From Nitrospirota bacterium (GTDB lineage: Bacteria > Patescibacteriota > Gracilibacteria > UBA1369 > LOWO2-01-FULL-3), in contig JAUVQE010000003.1 in the NCBI GenBank assembly GCA_030598325.1, positions 1-34,904 of the forward strand: a stretch of 34,904 nt of DNA. The letters run 5' to 3'. Both the position numbers and the translations under genes were made by a program. A model generated the notes under the pieces. The model made no database searches and had not been told where the DNA came from. It saw nothing but the letters and a program-made list of their open reading frames with translations. Position 1 is the first letter of the stretch. Every line of letters starts with the position of its first letter. Shown piece after piece: positions 9,279 through 17,264 of the stretch.

Positions 9279-9319
9279 CAACTTTCAATTATAAATATAA
9301 CTCATTAACAAACATTCCT

Positions 9320-9760
9320 ATGAGAAACAAAAGAGGTTTCACCCTCGTGGAAGTCTTATTGGTAATTGTGATTATCGCGATTCTTGCAGCAATCGTTATA
9401 GTTGCTATTAATCCAGGAAGACAAATTTCACAAGCAAACAACACTCAACGAAGCAGTGATGTAAAAACTATTCTTGATGCAGTACACGAGTACGCAATCG
9501 ACAATAGAGGAGTATATCCTACCGGAATAACAGCGGTACCTACAGTTATAGGAGACGACGCGCTGGAAATTGACATTTGTTCTTTCCTTGTGCCGACGTA
9601 CATAGCTGCAATGCCTTATGATCCAAATGTCGATGGAGGCGCCTATACAGATTGTACAACGTATTATACCGGCTATACGATATCGCAGGACGCTACCATC
9701 CGTGTCACAGTTGCCGCGCCATCAGCAGAATTAGAGGAAACAATTAGTGTAACGAGATAA
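9320..9760 (+). CDS. Type IV pilin, probable major pilin
   Basis: KRG|FTLVEVLLVIVIIAILAAIVIVAINP, LVPTYIAAMPYDP motif and a Cys pair; last gene before the terminator. Confidence 0.9.
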   Translation: MRNKRGFTLVEVLLVIVIIAILAAIVIVAINPGRQISQANNTQRSSDVKTILDAVHEYAIDNRGVYPTGITAVPTVIGDDALEIDICSFLVPTYIAAMPYDPNVDGGAYTDCTTYYTGYTISQDATIRVTVAAPSAELEETISVTR

Positions 9761-9776
9761 AAGATTATCCAAACTT

Positions 9777-9811
9777 AAGAGTCTCTTCATTAGAAGAGGC
9801 TCTTTTTATTT
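9777..9811 (+). terminator. Intrinsic terminator of the pilus operon
   Basis: AAGAGTCTCTTC-atta-GAAGAGGCTCTT stem (one G-U pair) followed by TTTATTT. Confidence 0.8.
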
Positions 9812-9844
9812 ATACAGCTCGCATTGTAGCTAAAATCAAATTCC

Positions 9845-11068
9845 CTACAAATTCAAAAGATACGCCGCAGCCTCCTCTTTCTGGGAATCATATTCATTCT
9901 CAATATCCTCATCGGTAATCTCTACGATAATATCGGGGATCAAGCCGACATCATCAATATTTCTCCCATCCGGTGTGAACCACTTTGCAATAGTCATTCT
10001 AATACTTGAGCCGTCGGGAAAACTATCAACCTCCTGAACAGTACCTTTCCCAAAACTTTGAGTTCCCATAACAACACCTCTTTCGTGATCCTGAATAGCG
10101 CCCGCGACAATCTCGGAAGCGGAAGCACTACCCGCATTAATCAAAACAACCAAAGGTACATTTAAAATTTTCGGATTACCATCTGTAAACATTGTGTTAT
10201 CCTCTTCCCCCCGCTGTTTCACAACAACAGCTTCAGTATCAGCCGGCAGTAAATATGACAAAAGCTCAATCGCAATATCGAGATATCCGCCACCATTAAA
10301 TCTCAAATCCACAATAAGACCATCGGGCTCGTCCAGGATCATCTCACTCACAGCCTTTCCGAAATTTTCATTAGTTTTGTCATTAAACTGATTAACACTC
10401 AAATATACAATATTTCCATCCAATTTCTCCACAGTAACACTCTCTATATCGATAGTATCTCTCACAATAGAAACATCAAAAGGATCTTTCAAATTTTCAC
10501 GAAGAATAGTCAAAATGACAGTAGTACCTTTTTCTCCACGAATACTCATAATCGCGTCAAAAAGAGTCATTTCACTCGCCAACTCTCCTTCAATCATAAA
10601 AATAATATCACCGGGAAGCAGACCGGCTCTCTCGGCGGGACTATCACGCAAAGGCGAAACAACCACCAAACTATATCCCTCAACCGTCAACTCCGCGCCA
10701 ATTCCCTCAAGTGTTCCCTCAAGACTGGTATTAAAATTCTCACTTTCCTCAGGAGTCATAAAAACCGTATAAGGATCTTCAAGTGAATTTACAAGCCCTT
10801 TTATGGAGCCATAAAGCATATTCTGCTCATCCAACGCCGCTTCATCAACATAATAATTATCCAATTGGTCCAAAACAGTCCAATAAAGTTCAAGGTCAAT
10901 ATCAATATCACTGCTCGAAACATCATTTTCAATATTTCTATCCCGCTCGATATCGACGGAAGCTCCACCCAAAAACCCCTGACTCACAGCCTGCCATCCC
11001 AACACAAAACTAATTGCCGCGACCAAAAAATAAATGAAAAAATAATGTGGACGTCGTTTTTGATACAT
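9845..11068 (-). CDS. S41 family C-terminal processing protease (CtpA-like, with PDZ)
   Basis: N-terminal TM, DPYT, GIGAEL (PDZ), DLRFNGGG, catalytic SASASEI and SFGKG. Confidence 0.93.
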   Translation of the reverse strand: MYQKRRPHYFFIYFLVAAISFVLGWQAVSQGFLGGASVDIERDRNIENDVSSSDIDIDLELYWTVLDQLDNYYVDEAALDEQNMLYGSIKGLVNSLEDPYTVFMTPEESENFNTSLEGTLEGIGAELTVEGYSLVVVSPLRDSPAERAGLLPGDIIFMIEGELASEMTLFDAIMSIRGEKGTTVILTILRENLKDPFDVSIVRDTIDIESVTVEKLDGNIVYLSVNQFNDKTNENFGKAVSEMILDEPDGLIVDLRFNGGGYLDIAIELLSYLLPADTEAVVVKQRGEEDNTMFTDGNPKILNVPLVVLINAGSASASEIVAGAIQDHERGVVMGTQSFGKGTVQEVDSFPDGSSIRMTIAKWFTPDGRNIDDVGLIPDIIVEITDEDIENEYDSQKEEAAAYLLNL

Positions 11069-11074
11069 AAAATT

Positions 11075-11869
11075 TTAAGTAAATTTAATAATTTGTTTAA
11101 TATCTAATGCTTTTTTTGTTTTCTCGTCAATCTCAATAAGAACCGAGCCAAAAACCATTTTCCCTTCGGTCTCGGGTTCATGTTTCGCCGGCATTTGAGT
11201 TAAAAATTTATTGATAATAAGATCCTTTTTTACTCCAATTGAGGAATCATAAGCGCCAACCATTCCGGCATCGGAAATATATGCCGTGCCATTCACAAAA
11301 ATATGAGCATCGGCGGTCGCGACATGTGTGTGGGTGCCGACAACATCGGAAACTTTACCGTCCAGATAAAGGCCAAAAGTGTATTTCTCACTGGTGGCCT
11401 CGGCATGAAAATCCACAATAATTCCGGCAAGATTTTCGTGCGCGGTTTCCTGCAAAATTCTATCTATAACCTTAAAAGGGCTATCCACATGAGGTCTCAT
11501 AAAAACCTGCCCCTGAATATTCACAACAAGAAGCCGATTCATCATTCCGTCTTCAATAATTTCATAACCCCGTCCGGGAGTGTTGGGCGAAGGGTAATTA
11601 GCGGGACGAAGCACAGGAAATTTAGGATCATTCAACTTAAGAACGCCGGACTTATTTCCCCAGACATGATGACCGGAAGTAAAAAAATCGACCCCGGCCT
11701 TCTGCATTTCTTCAATATGTTCCGGAGTAAAACCATTACCGTGACTCAAGTTTTCAGCGTTAGCGATCACAAGATCAGGAGAATATTCTTCCTTCACATC
11801 GGGTAAAATTTTCTTCACAGCTTCCCTTCCCCCTCTTCCAGCAATATCCCCAATAAACAAAATTTTCAT
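11075..11869 (-). CDS. ymdB: YmdB-like metallophosphoesterase (TIGR00282 family)
   Basis: ILFIGDI.G, ANAEN, RPANYP, DFHAEATSEK, GTHTHVATAD. Confidence 0.9.
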   Translation of the reverse strand: MKILFIGDIAGRGGREAVKKILPDVKEEYSPDLVIANAENLSHGNGFTPEHIEEMQKAGVDFFTSGHHVWGNKSGVLKLNDPKFPVLRPANYPSPNTPGRGYEIIEDGMMNRLLVVNIQGQVFMRPHVDSPFKVIDRILQETAHENLAGIIVDFHAEATSEKYTFGLYLDGKVSDVVGTHTHVATADAHIFVNGTAYISDAGMVGAYDSSIGVKKDLIINKFLTQMPAKHEPETEGKMVFGSVLIEIDEKTKKALDIKQIIKFT

Positions 11870-11873
11870 GCTT

Positions 11874-14060
11874 TTATTTTATTACTTTTAACGGAGCAAT
11901 ACTAAGCGCTAATTTTTTTACTCCGACCTTCGGATCTTCAAACGCGACAGTCGCTACACCCCCCACAACGCTAACCACAATACCATTTCCAAACACATTA
12001 TGCGAAACTTTGTCACCCGAAGAAATCTCAATATCAAGCCCTTTATCAAGCTCAACAGGAATAGGCCGATTATCAATATCCGACACCGAAATATGCTGTC
12101 TGGCACTATGCCCGCCAAAATTAGCCTCAATAAATTGCTCATCAATATCAGCTAAAAACTGAGAAGGCGCATTAGCTCGCGACTCTCCATAAAGCATCCT
12201 GCTCCGGGCATGAATCAGATATAGCTTTTCCATGGCCCTTGTCATAGCGACATACATCAGCCTGCGTTCCTCCGCCAATTCACCCGGATCCATCAAGCTT
12301 CTGTTGTGCGGGAAAATTCCCTCTTCCAGGCCGGCAATAAACACATAAGGAAATTCAAGTCCCTTAGCCGAATGAACAGTCATCAAAGTAACCGCGTTGT
12401 CCTCATCGTCCAGGCTGTCGAGATCCGAAATCAGACTGACCTCCTCAAGAAAAATATTCAGACTAACTCCGCTCTCAAGGTCATTATATTTGTGGGCAAC
12501 CGAAATAAGCTCATTAATATTTTCAATTCTCGCCTCACCTTCGACACTCCCATCGTTAATCATTTTCTTGTAACCGGTTTCATCCAAAACAAACTTTATC
12601 ATCCCGCTCGCCGGCGTTTCTTTGTTTTTCTCCTGCAAATTTTTAATCAGTTTGACGAAATCTTCCAGAACTTTGGCTTTACTCTCCGGAATTTCTTCAA
12701 TCTCGTTAGCGAGCAACATGGCGTCAAAAAAAGATAAATTATGTTTGATCGCAAATTCGCGAACGGTATCGAGGGTTTTTGCCCCAAGTTTGCGGGTTGG
12801 GGTGTTTATAATCCGGAAAAGGCTCACGGAATCATTTGGATTTTGAATAACTCGCAGGTACGCGAGAAGATCTTTAATTTCTTTTCTGGAATAAAACTTG
12901 ATTCCACCGACGATTTTGTAAGGAATGCCGTGCCTCATAAAAACTTCCTCGAAAATACGGGACTGGGCGTTTGTGCGGTAAAGCACAACAAAATCTTTAT
13001 AAGCCGGAAATTCGCTTCCAATAAGTATATTCTCGATTTCACAAGCAACCATTTGTCCTTCATGCCTCTCGTTGTCCGTAAGCCAACGACGAACTTTGTC
13101 ACCGCCCTCCCGCTCGGTCCAAAGAACTTTTTCCTTCCTATGCGCGTTTTTCTTTATGACGCAATTCGCGGAATCCAGAATAATTTGAGTAGATCTGTAA
13201 TTTTGTTCCAGCATTACGACTTTCGTTTCCGGATAATCTTTCTCAAAATCGAGAATATTTCGAATAGTCGCGCCCCGCCAACTGTAAATACTCTGATCCA
13301 CATCCCCAATCACACAAATATTTTGATATTTTTCCGCCAAAAGCTTGATAAGCACATATTGCGCCTTATTCGTATCCTGATACTCATCCACGGAAATAAA
13401 TTTAAATTTTTCCTGATATTCATCAAGGATATCGGGAAATTTTTGGAATAATTCCACGGTTTTCATAATAATATCATCAAAATCCAACGCACTACTTCGT
13501 ATCAAAGCCTTTTGGTATAGAGGATAAATTTCCGCGACCTTTTCTGAAAAATAATCATTTGCGTAGCTTCGGAATTCATCGGAACCGATCAGTTGATTCT
13601 TAGCATTCGAAATATGGGCAAGCACCGCCTTCGGATTTACCCGTTTTACATCCAGATTCATATCTTCCATGACTCTTTTTATCAAAATTTGCTGATCAGC
13701 CATGTCGTAAATACCAAAAGAATTTTCATAATCCAAAAGATGAATATGTTTTCGGAGAATTCTTACGCAGATTGCATGAAAAGTTCCGACACTCGGAATA
13801 GAGCCACCATAATTATTATTAAGATCAATAGAAAGCAGTTTCGCGATCCGATTTTTCATCTCATTCGCAGCCTTGTTTGTAAAAGTAACCGCCAGAATAT
13901 TCCAGGGGCTTACTCCCTTTTCCTCAATCAACCAGGCGATTCTATGGGTAAGAGCTCTTGTTTTTCCACTCCCGGCCCCCGCAACAACAAGCAAAGGTCC
14001 GGTAAAATGAGTTACCGCCTTAATCTGTTTATCATTCAAGTTTTCTAAAATTTTGCTCAT
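11874..14060 (-). CDS. pcrA: ATP-dependent DNA helicase PcrA/UvrD
   Basis: AGAGSGKT, TFTNKAA, VDEYQDTN, LEQNYRST, LYRTNAQSR, HSAKGLEF, EERRLMYVAMTRA and a C-terminal Tudor-like domain. Confidence 0.96.
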   Translation of the reverse strand: MSKILENLNDKQIKAVTHFTGPLLVVAGAGSGKTRALTHRIAWLIEEKGVSPWNILAVTFTNKAANEMKNRIAKLLSIDLNNNYGGSIPSVGTFHAICVRILRKHIHLLDYENSFGIYDMADQQILIKRVMEDMNLDVKRVNPKAVLAHISNAKNQLIGSDEFRSYANDYFSEKVAEIYPLYQKALIRSSALDFDDIIMKTVELFQKFPDILDEYQEKFKFISVDEYQDTNKAQYVLIKLLAEKYQNICVIGDVDQSIYSWRGATIRNILDFEKDYPETKVVMLEQNYRSTQIILDSANCVIKKNAHRKEKVLWTEREGGDKVRRWLTDNERHEGQMVACEIENILIGSEFPAYKDFVVLYRTNAQSRIFEEVFMRHGIPYKIVGGIKFYSRKEIKDLLAYLRVIQNPNDSVSLFRIINTPTRKLGAKTLDTVREFAIKHNLSFFDAMLLANEIEEIPESKAKVLEDFVKLIKNLQEKNKETPASGMIKFVLDETGYKKMINDGSVEGEARIENINELISVAHKYNDLESGVSLNIFLEEVSLISDLDSLDDEDNAVTLMTVHSAKGLEFPYVFIAGLEEGIFPHNRSLMDPGELAEERRLMYVAMTRAMEKLYLIHARSRMLYGESRANAPSQFLADIDEQFIEANFGGHSARQHISVSDIDNRPIPVELDKGLDIEISSGDKVSHNVFGNGIVVSVVGGVATVAFEDPKVGVKKLALSIAPLKVIK

Positions 14061-14112
14061 GTGAAATTTATTTGGAGCACTATTATATAGAAAAAAAATA
14101 TAATAACAAACA

Positions 14113-14142
14113 TTGACCTTTTACTTTAATTCTGCTTAAATT
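14113..14142 (+). promoter_or_regulatory. Putative promoter of the zinc-ribbon gene
   Basis: TTGACC (14113-14118), 18 bp, TAAATT (14137-14142); divergent from a pcrA TATAAT at 14087-14082. Confidence 0.5.
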
Positions 14143-14152
14143 CTCCCTCGTA

Positions 14153-14165
14153 TGCTCATTTACAA
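14153..14165 (+). promoter_or_regulatory. boxA-like element
   Basis: TGCTCATTTACAA matches the rrn boxA sequence TGCTCTTTAACAA at 11 of 13 positions, just downstream of the predicted transcription start. Confidence 0.45.
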
Positions 14166-14210
14166 ATAGAAATTTAAAGTTGGGGAAGCAAAACAAAGAA
14201 GGGACCACGA

Positions 14211-14486
14211 ATGGAAACGCAAACGGAAACACGACCGCAAACGCAAACGGAAGTCAGCTTTTGTAACAATTGCGATGACCACAGTAAAATGGGACATCAT
14301 TTCTGCCCCGACTGCGGAAGGAGGACAAACGGAGACAGCAGGGACACAACAACATACTGCCTGAGATGTGTAGGAAAGCTCAAGGCAGTACTGTCTGAAC
14401 GTGTCCTGCAAAAAGAATGTTATTGTCCCAACTGCAGGACAATGACAGACACATTGTTCGAGCCCACCAAGATGCTCGGCTTCTAA
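14211..14486 (+). CDS. Small double zinc-ribbon protein
   Basis: 91 aa with four CxxC motifs (CNNC, CPDC, CLRC, CPNC); purine-rich GAAGGGA upstream; own promoter. Confidence 0.75.
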   Translation: METQTETRPQTQTEVSFCNNCDDHSKMGHHFCPDCGRRTNGDSRDTTTYCLRCVGKLKAVLSERVLQKECYCPNCRTMTDTLFEPTKMLGF

Positions 14487-14513
14487 CAACTTTCCGGCTC
14501 CCCCAAAGCCCTA

Positions 14514-14584
14514 CCCTACGTCAGCTACTAAAATTATTATCAGGATATTCTAAAAATATACTTGAAATATCAGCTGGCGTGGGG
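14514..14584 (+). other. Long RNA stem-loop in the 3' region of the zinc-ribbon gene
   Basis: CCCTACGTCAGCT (14514-14526) pairs with AGCTGGCGTGGGG (14572-14584): 13 bp with two G-U pairs. Inner stem TCAGGATATT/AATATACTTGA. Confidence 0.65.
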
Positions 14585-14619
14585 AAAAACTAAACTTTCT
14601 CAACTTTAGATTTCTATTC

Positions 14620-15636
14620 CTAATACTGGACAACCACTTTGTCCCCGACCTCAGTAAAGCCAAATAGCCATACAGCATTATCATCCCCGATCCTGATACA
14701 GCCATGGCTTACAGGGATGCCTAAATGACTCACAGCCTCCGTCCAGAACCAACCACCATCATTTCCCAGGCTGGGGAGGGCGTGCATCCCGTACCCGCCG
14801 GCTCTAAACATCTGAAAATAAGGCATTATATAGTGTGGAGATTTCGAACCAACGCGAAGTTCCTGCTTCAAACTGATATAGGTCGTTCCAACAGGAGTAG
14901 GAGTAGCCGAAGCACCCGTACTTACCCGAAATTCTCTTATTACGTCCTCACCCAGTTTTACATACATCATCTGTTCGGAAAGATCGACTAAAACAGACCT
15001 TTCCCCATCCAGATTCATATCCATCACGGAACCACTGTCAAAAGCATAAGACAATCTTTTTCTCAAATTCTCAGAACTTTCATCAACATCTCCAACCATA
15101 ATTTCAAAGGAAAACTGCGCGTCATCAATCCACTGAATGCCACTAAGAATAGGAGTAAAATACTCTTTTATTACATCAGGCTCATCCGGAGCTTCCGACC
15201 AAAAAGTAAAAGAAGCAATTTGTCCCGGATCAATTCTCAGCTGATCCATGCCAATTCTGTTCGAGTCTTCCCAGTTTGTTTCCTCGACACCTAAAAGTTC
15301 GGGTGAATAAAAAATACTGTCCCGATCTCGTTCCTTATCGGTTCCCAAATGCATTTCCGGCCCCAGACACTCACTTTCAGCGGAAAACCAGGGCATATTA
15401 CCGGTATTTTTAATAAAAACCTTAACCCGGAAAATTTCTCCCGGTTCAATTTTAAGTTTTCTTCTGACAGCCACAACTTCAGCATCATAAGATTCACCTT
15501 CTTCGGGAAAATTAAACCCGCACACCTCTCTCTCGCCGCTTTCCATATCATCCGCAAAAGCAACAGAACAGCTGATCACGCTAGCGAAAATGACCAAAAC
15601 AATCGGAAATAATCTGAATAATCTACTGAAACGCAT
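14620..15636 (-). CDS. L,D-transpeptidase (YkuD family) with an N-terminal Ig-like domain
   Basis: Signal peptide, IKNTGNMPW Ig-like motif, VDLSEQ, VSTG...TPVG, catalytic HAL...SHGCIR. Confidence 0.9.
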   Translation of the reverse strand: MRFSRLFRLFPIVLVIFASVISCSVAFADDMESGEREVCGFNFPEEGESYDAEVVAVRRKLKIEPGEIFRVKVFIKNTGNMPWFSAESECLGPEMHLGTDKERDRDSIFYSPELLGVEETNWEDSNRIGMDQLRIDPGQIASFTFWSEAPDEPDVIKEYFTPILSGIQWIDDAQFSFEIMVGDVDESSENLRKRLSYAFDSGSVMDMNLDGERSVLVDLSEQMMYVKLGEDVIREFRVSTGASATPTPVGTTYISLKQELRVGSKSPHYIMPYFQMFRAGGYGMHALPSLGNDGGWFWTEAVSHLGIPVSHGCIRIGDDNAVWLFGFTEVGDKVVVQY

Positions 15637-15671
15637 AATTTTTATTTTTATTTTTATCCAATTCTCATATG

Positions 15672-15700
15672 ATTATACCACAAAAAGACAGTAAATTCAA
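15672..15700 (-). promoter_or_regulatory. Sigma70 promoter of the L,D-transpeptidase gene
   Basis: Minus strand TTGAAT, 17 bp, TG-g-TATAAT. Confidence 0.7.
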
Positions 15701-15716
15701 GCACGGAAGACCACTA

Positions 15717-16475
15717 TCAAAACCTTCCAAAATAGTTTACAACAAAACGCTTACTTCCAGGATTCATATATAAAGCAACGGTTTGATTGTTAGGCAGGGC
15801 AAGCCCAATTGTTCCTTCAACACTTTTTAAACTCAAACTATCCGGTTTATTTGGATTATCAAGAGTCACATCGGCAAATAATTTAACTTTTGGAGAAAGA
15901 AGCGCTAAAAACTTAATTCTTGCAGCCATTGCTGTTTTATCAGGAGTTTTTGCGAATTGTCCCAAAAATGCAATTCTCAAATTTCCTTTTTGAAGGGTAT
16001 AACCAAAATACATCTTTTTTTTCTCCTTTTGTTGATAACCCTCTAAGCCCAAAACAGCACCTAATACATTCGCTTCCAGCTTTAATTTATAAAGCTTGGC
16101 ACTCGTTTTTTGTGGCTCAAGCAACATTTCTTGCTGAAATTTTAATTTAAGTATTTTCCCAAGCTTCACTTTAAAAGCTCTTTTCAGCATAAAAGCGTAT
16201 TCCCCTCGCATCTCTAATTTGACTGCAACCGCAATTTTTAATCTCAATTTACGGGGAGTATGGCTTTTAGTAAGAGTATCAACTTCTTCATTATTCCCAC
16301 CAACTCTTCTCAATGCATTTTTTCGTCTGGTTGCATTATTATCTAACCTTTTCTCTCTCTCCTTTATTTGGAGATCATGCTGATCTTGCGATTCCAGCTT
16401 ATTAACAACAACAGCCACTTTTGGTTTACGCTTGGGTTTAACTTTGGGCTTATCTTTTCTTGCTTCTAGTCCCAT
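15717..16475 (-). CDS. Hypothetical Lys/Arg-rich protein with a predicted all-beta C-terminal domain
   Basis: 252-aa ORF starting 1 nt after the upstream stop; no family recognised. Confidence 0.75.
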   Translation of the reverse strand: MGLEARKDKPKVKPKRKPKVAVVVNKLESQDQHDLQIKEREKRLDNNATRRKNALRRVGGNNEEVDTLTKSHTPRKLRLKIAVAVKLEMRGEYAFMLKRAFKVKLGKILKLKFQQEMLLEPQKTSAKLYKLKLEANVLGAVLGLEGYQQKEKKKMYFGYTLQKGNLRIAFLGQFAKTPDKTAMAARIKFLALLSPKVKLFADVTLDNPNKPDSLSLKSVEGTIGLALPNNQTVALYMNPGSKRFVVNYFGRF

Positions 16476-16476
16476 A

Positions 16477-16797
16477 TTATAAATCTTTTAATAATTGATC
16501 AGCTTTTTTAGAGTCTTCTTTTGCCCCCCTATTTTCAATTTTTCCGACAACTCTTCGATAATCCTTATCAATTTCTTCATTACTTTTATCAATATATTTA
16601 TCAAAAATACTTAAAGATACTTCATCGTCTTTTCTTAATTCCTCCCACTTTTCCTCTTCCCATTCAAGAACTTCAATTGCCTTATCGACTTCATCGTCAC
16701 TCAATCCGGCAACCTTATCGATACACAGTTTTTTCTCATTATCCTCAAGAGAATAAGAATCGTTAATTAATTCTTTTAATTTTTCCCGTTTATTCAT
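16477..16797 (-). CDS. Hypothetical acidic helical protein
   Basis: 106-aa D/E/K-rich ORF starting 2 nt after the nrdR stop. Confidence 0.75.
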   Translation of the reverse strand: MNKREKLKELINDSYSLEDNEKKLCIDKVAGLSDDEVDKAIEVLEWEEEKWEELRKDDEVSLSIFDKYIDKSNEEIDKDYRRVVGKIENRGAKEDSKKADQLLKDL

Positions 16798-16799
16798 AG

Positions 16800-17252
16800 T
16801 TAACTTTTATTTGCCAACTTTTGTAATTCTTTCTTAAAGGTATCAATATCCCTGAATTGTCTGTAAACAGAAGCAAAACGAATATAAGCGACCTCATCCA
16901 GACTTTTCAAAGCTTCCATAATTCCTTCCCCGATAGCTTTACTTGGAACTTCTTTCCCCATTCCGGACCATTTTTCTTCCAACTCATTTATAAACTTTGT
17001 GACTTGTTCTTCCGTAACTTTTCGTTTTTCACAAGCTTTCCAGATACCTTTTTCAACCTTCTCACGATCATAACTTTCCCGGGCCCCGTCTTTTTTTACC
17101 ACTAAAAACTTTGTAATTTCGGGCCTCTCAAAAGTGGTAAACCTGTGCTTACAATCCTCACACTCACGACGTCTCCTCACAGCCTTGTGACTATCAGTTT
17201 CTCTGGAATCCAGCACACGAGTATCGTTCTTTTTACATTTAGGACAAATCAT
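16800..17252 (-). CDS. nrdR: Transcriptional repressor NrdR
   Basis: CPKC...TRVLDSR...RRRRECEDC..RFTTFE, ATP cone, LDEVAYIRFASVYR. Confidence 0.97.
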   Translation of the reverse strand: MICPKCKKNDTRVLDSRETDSHKAVRRRRECEDCKHRFTTFERPEITKFLVVKKDGARESYDREKVEKGIWKACEKRKVTEEQVTKFINELEEKWSGMGKEVPSKAIGEGIMEALKSLDEVAYIRFASVYRQFRDIDTFKKELQKLANKS

Positions 17253-17264
17253 ATAAACAATTTA

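Noticed and set aside
14160-14489. 109-aa minus-strand Cys-containing ORF
   Set aside because: It is antisense to the CxxC protein, which has the promoter, the SD-like site and the ordered motif pattern.
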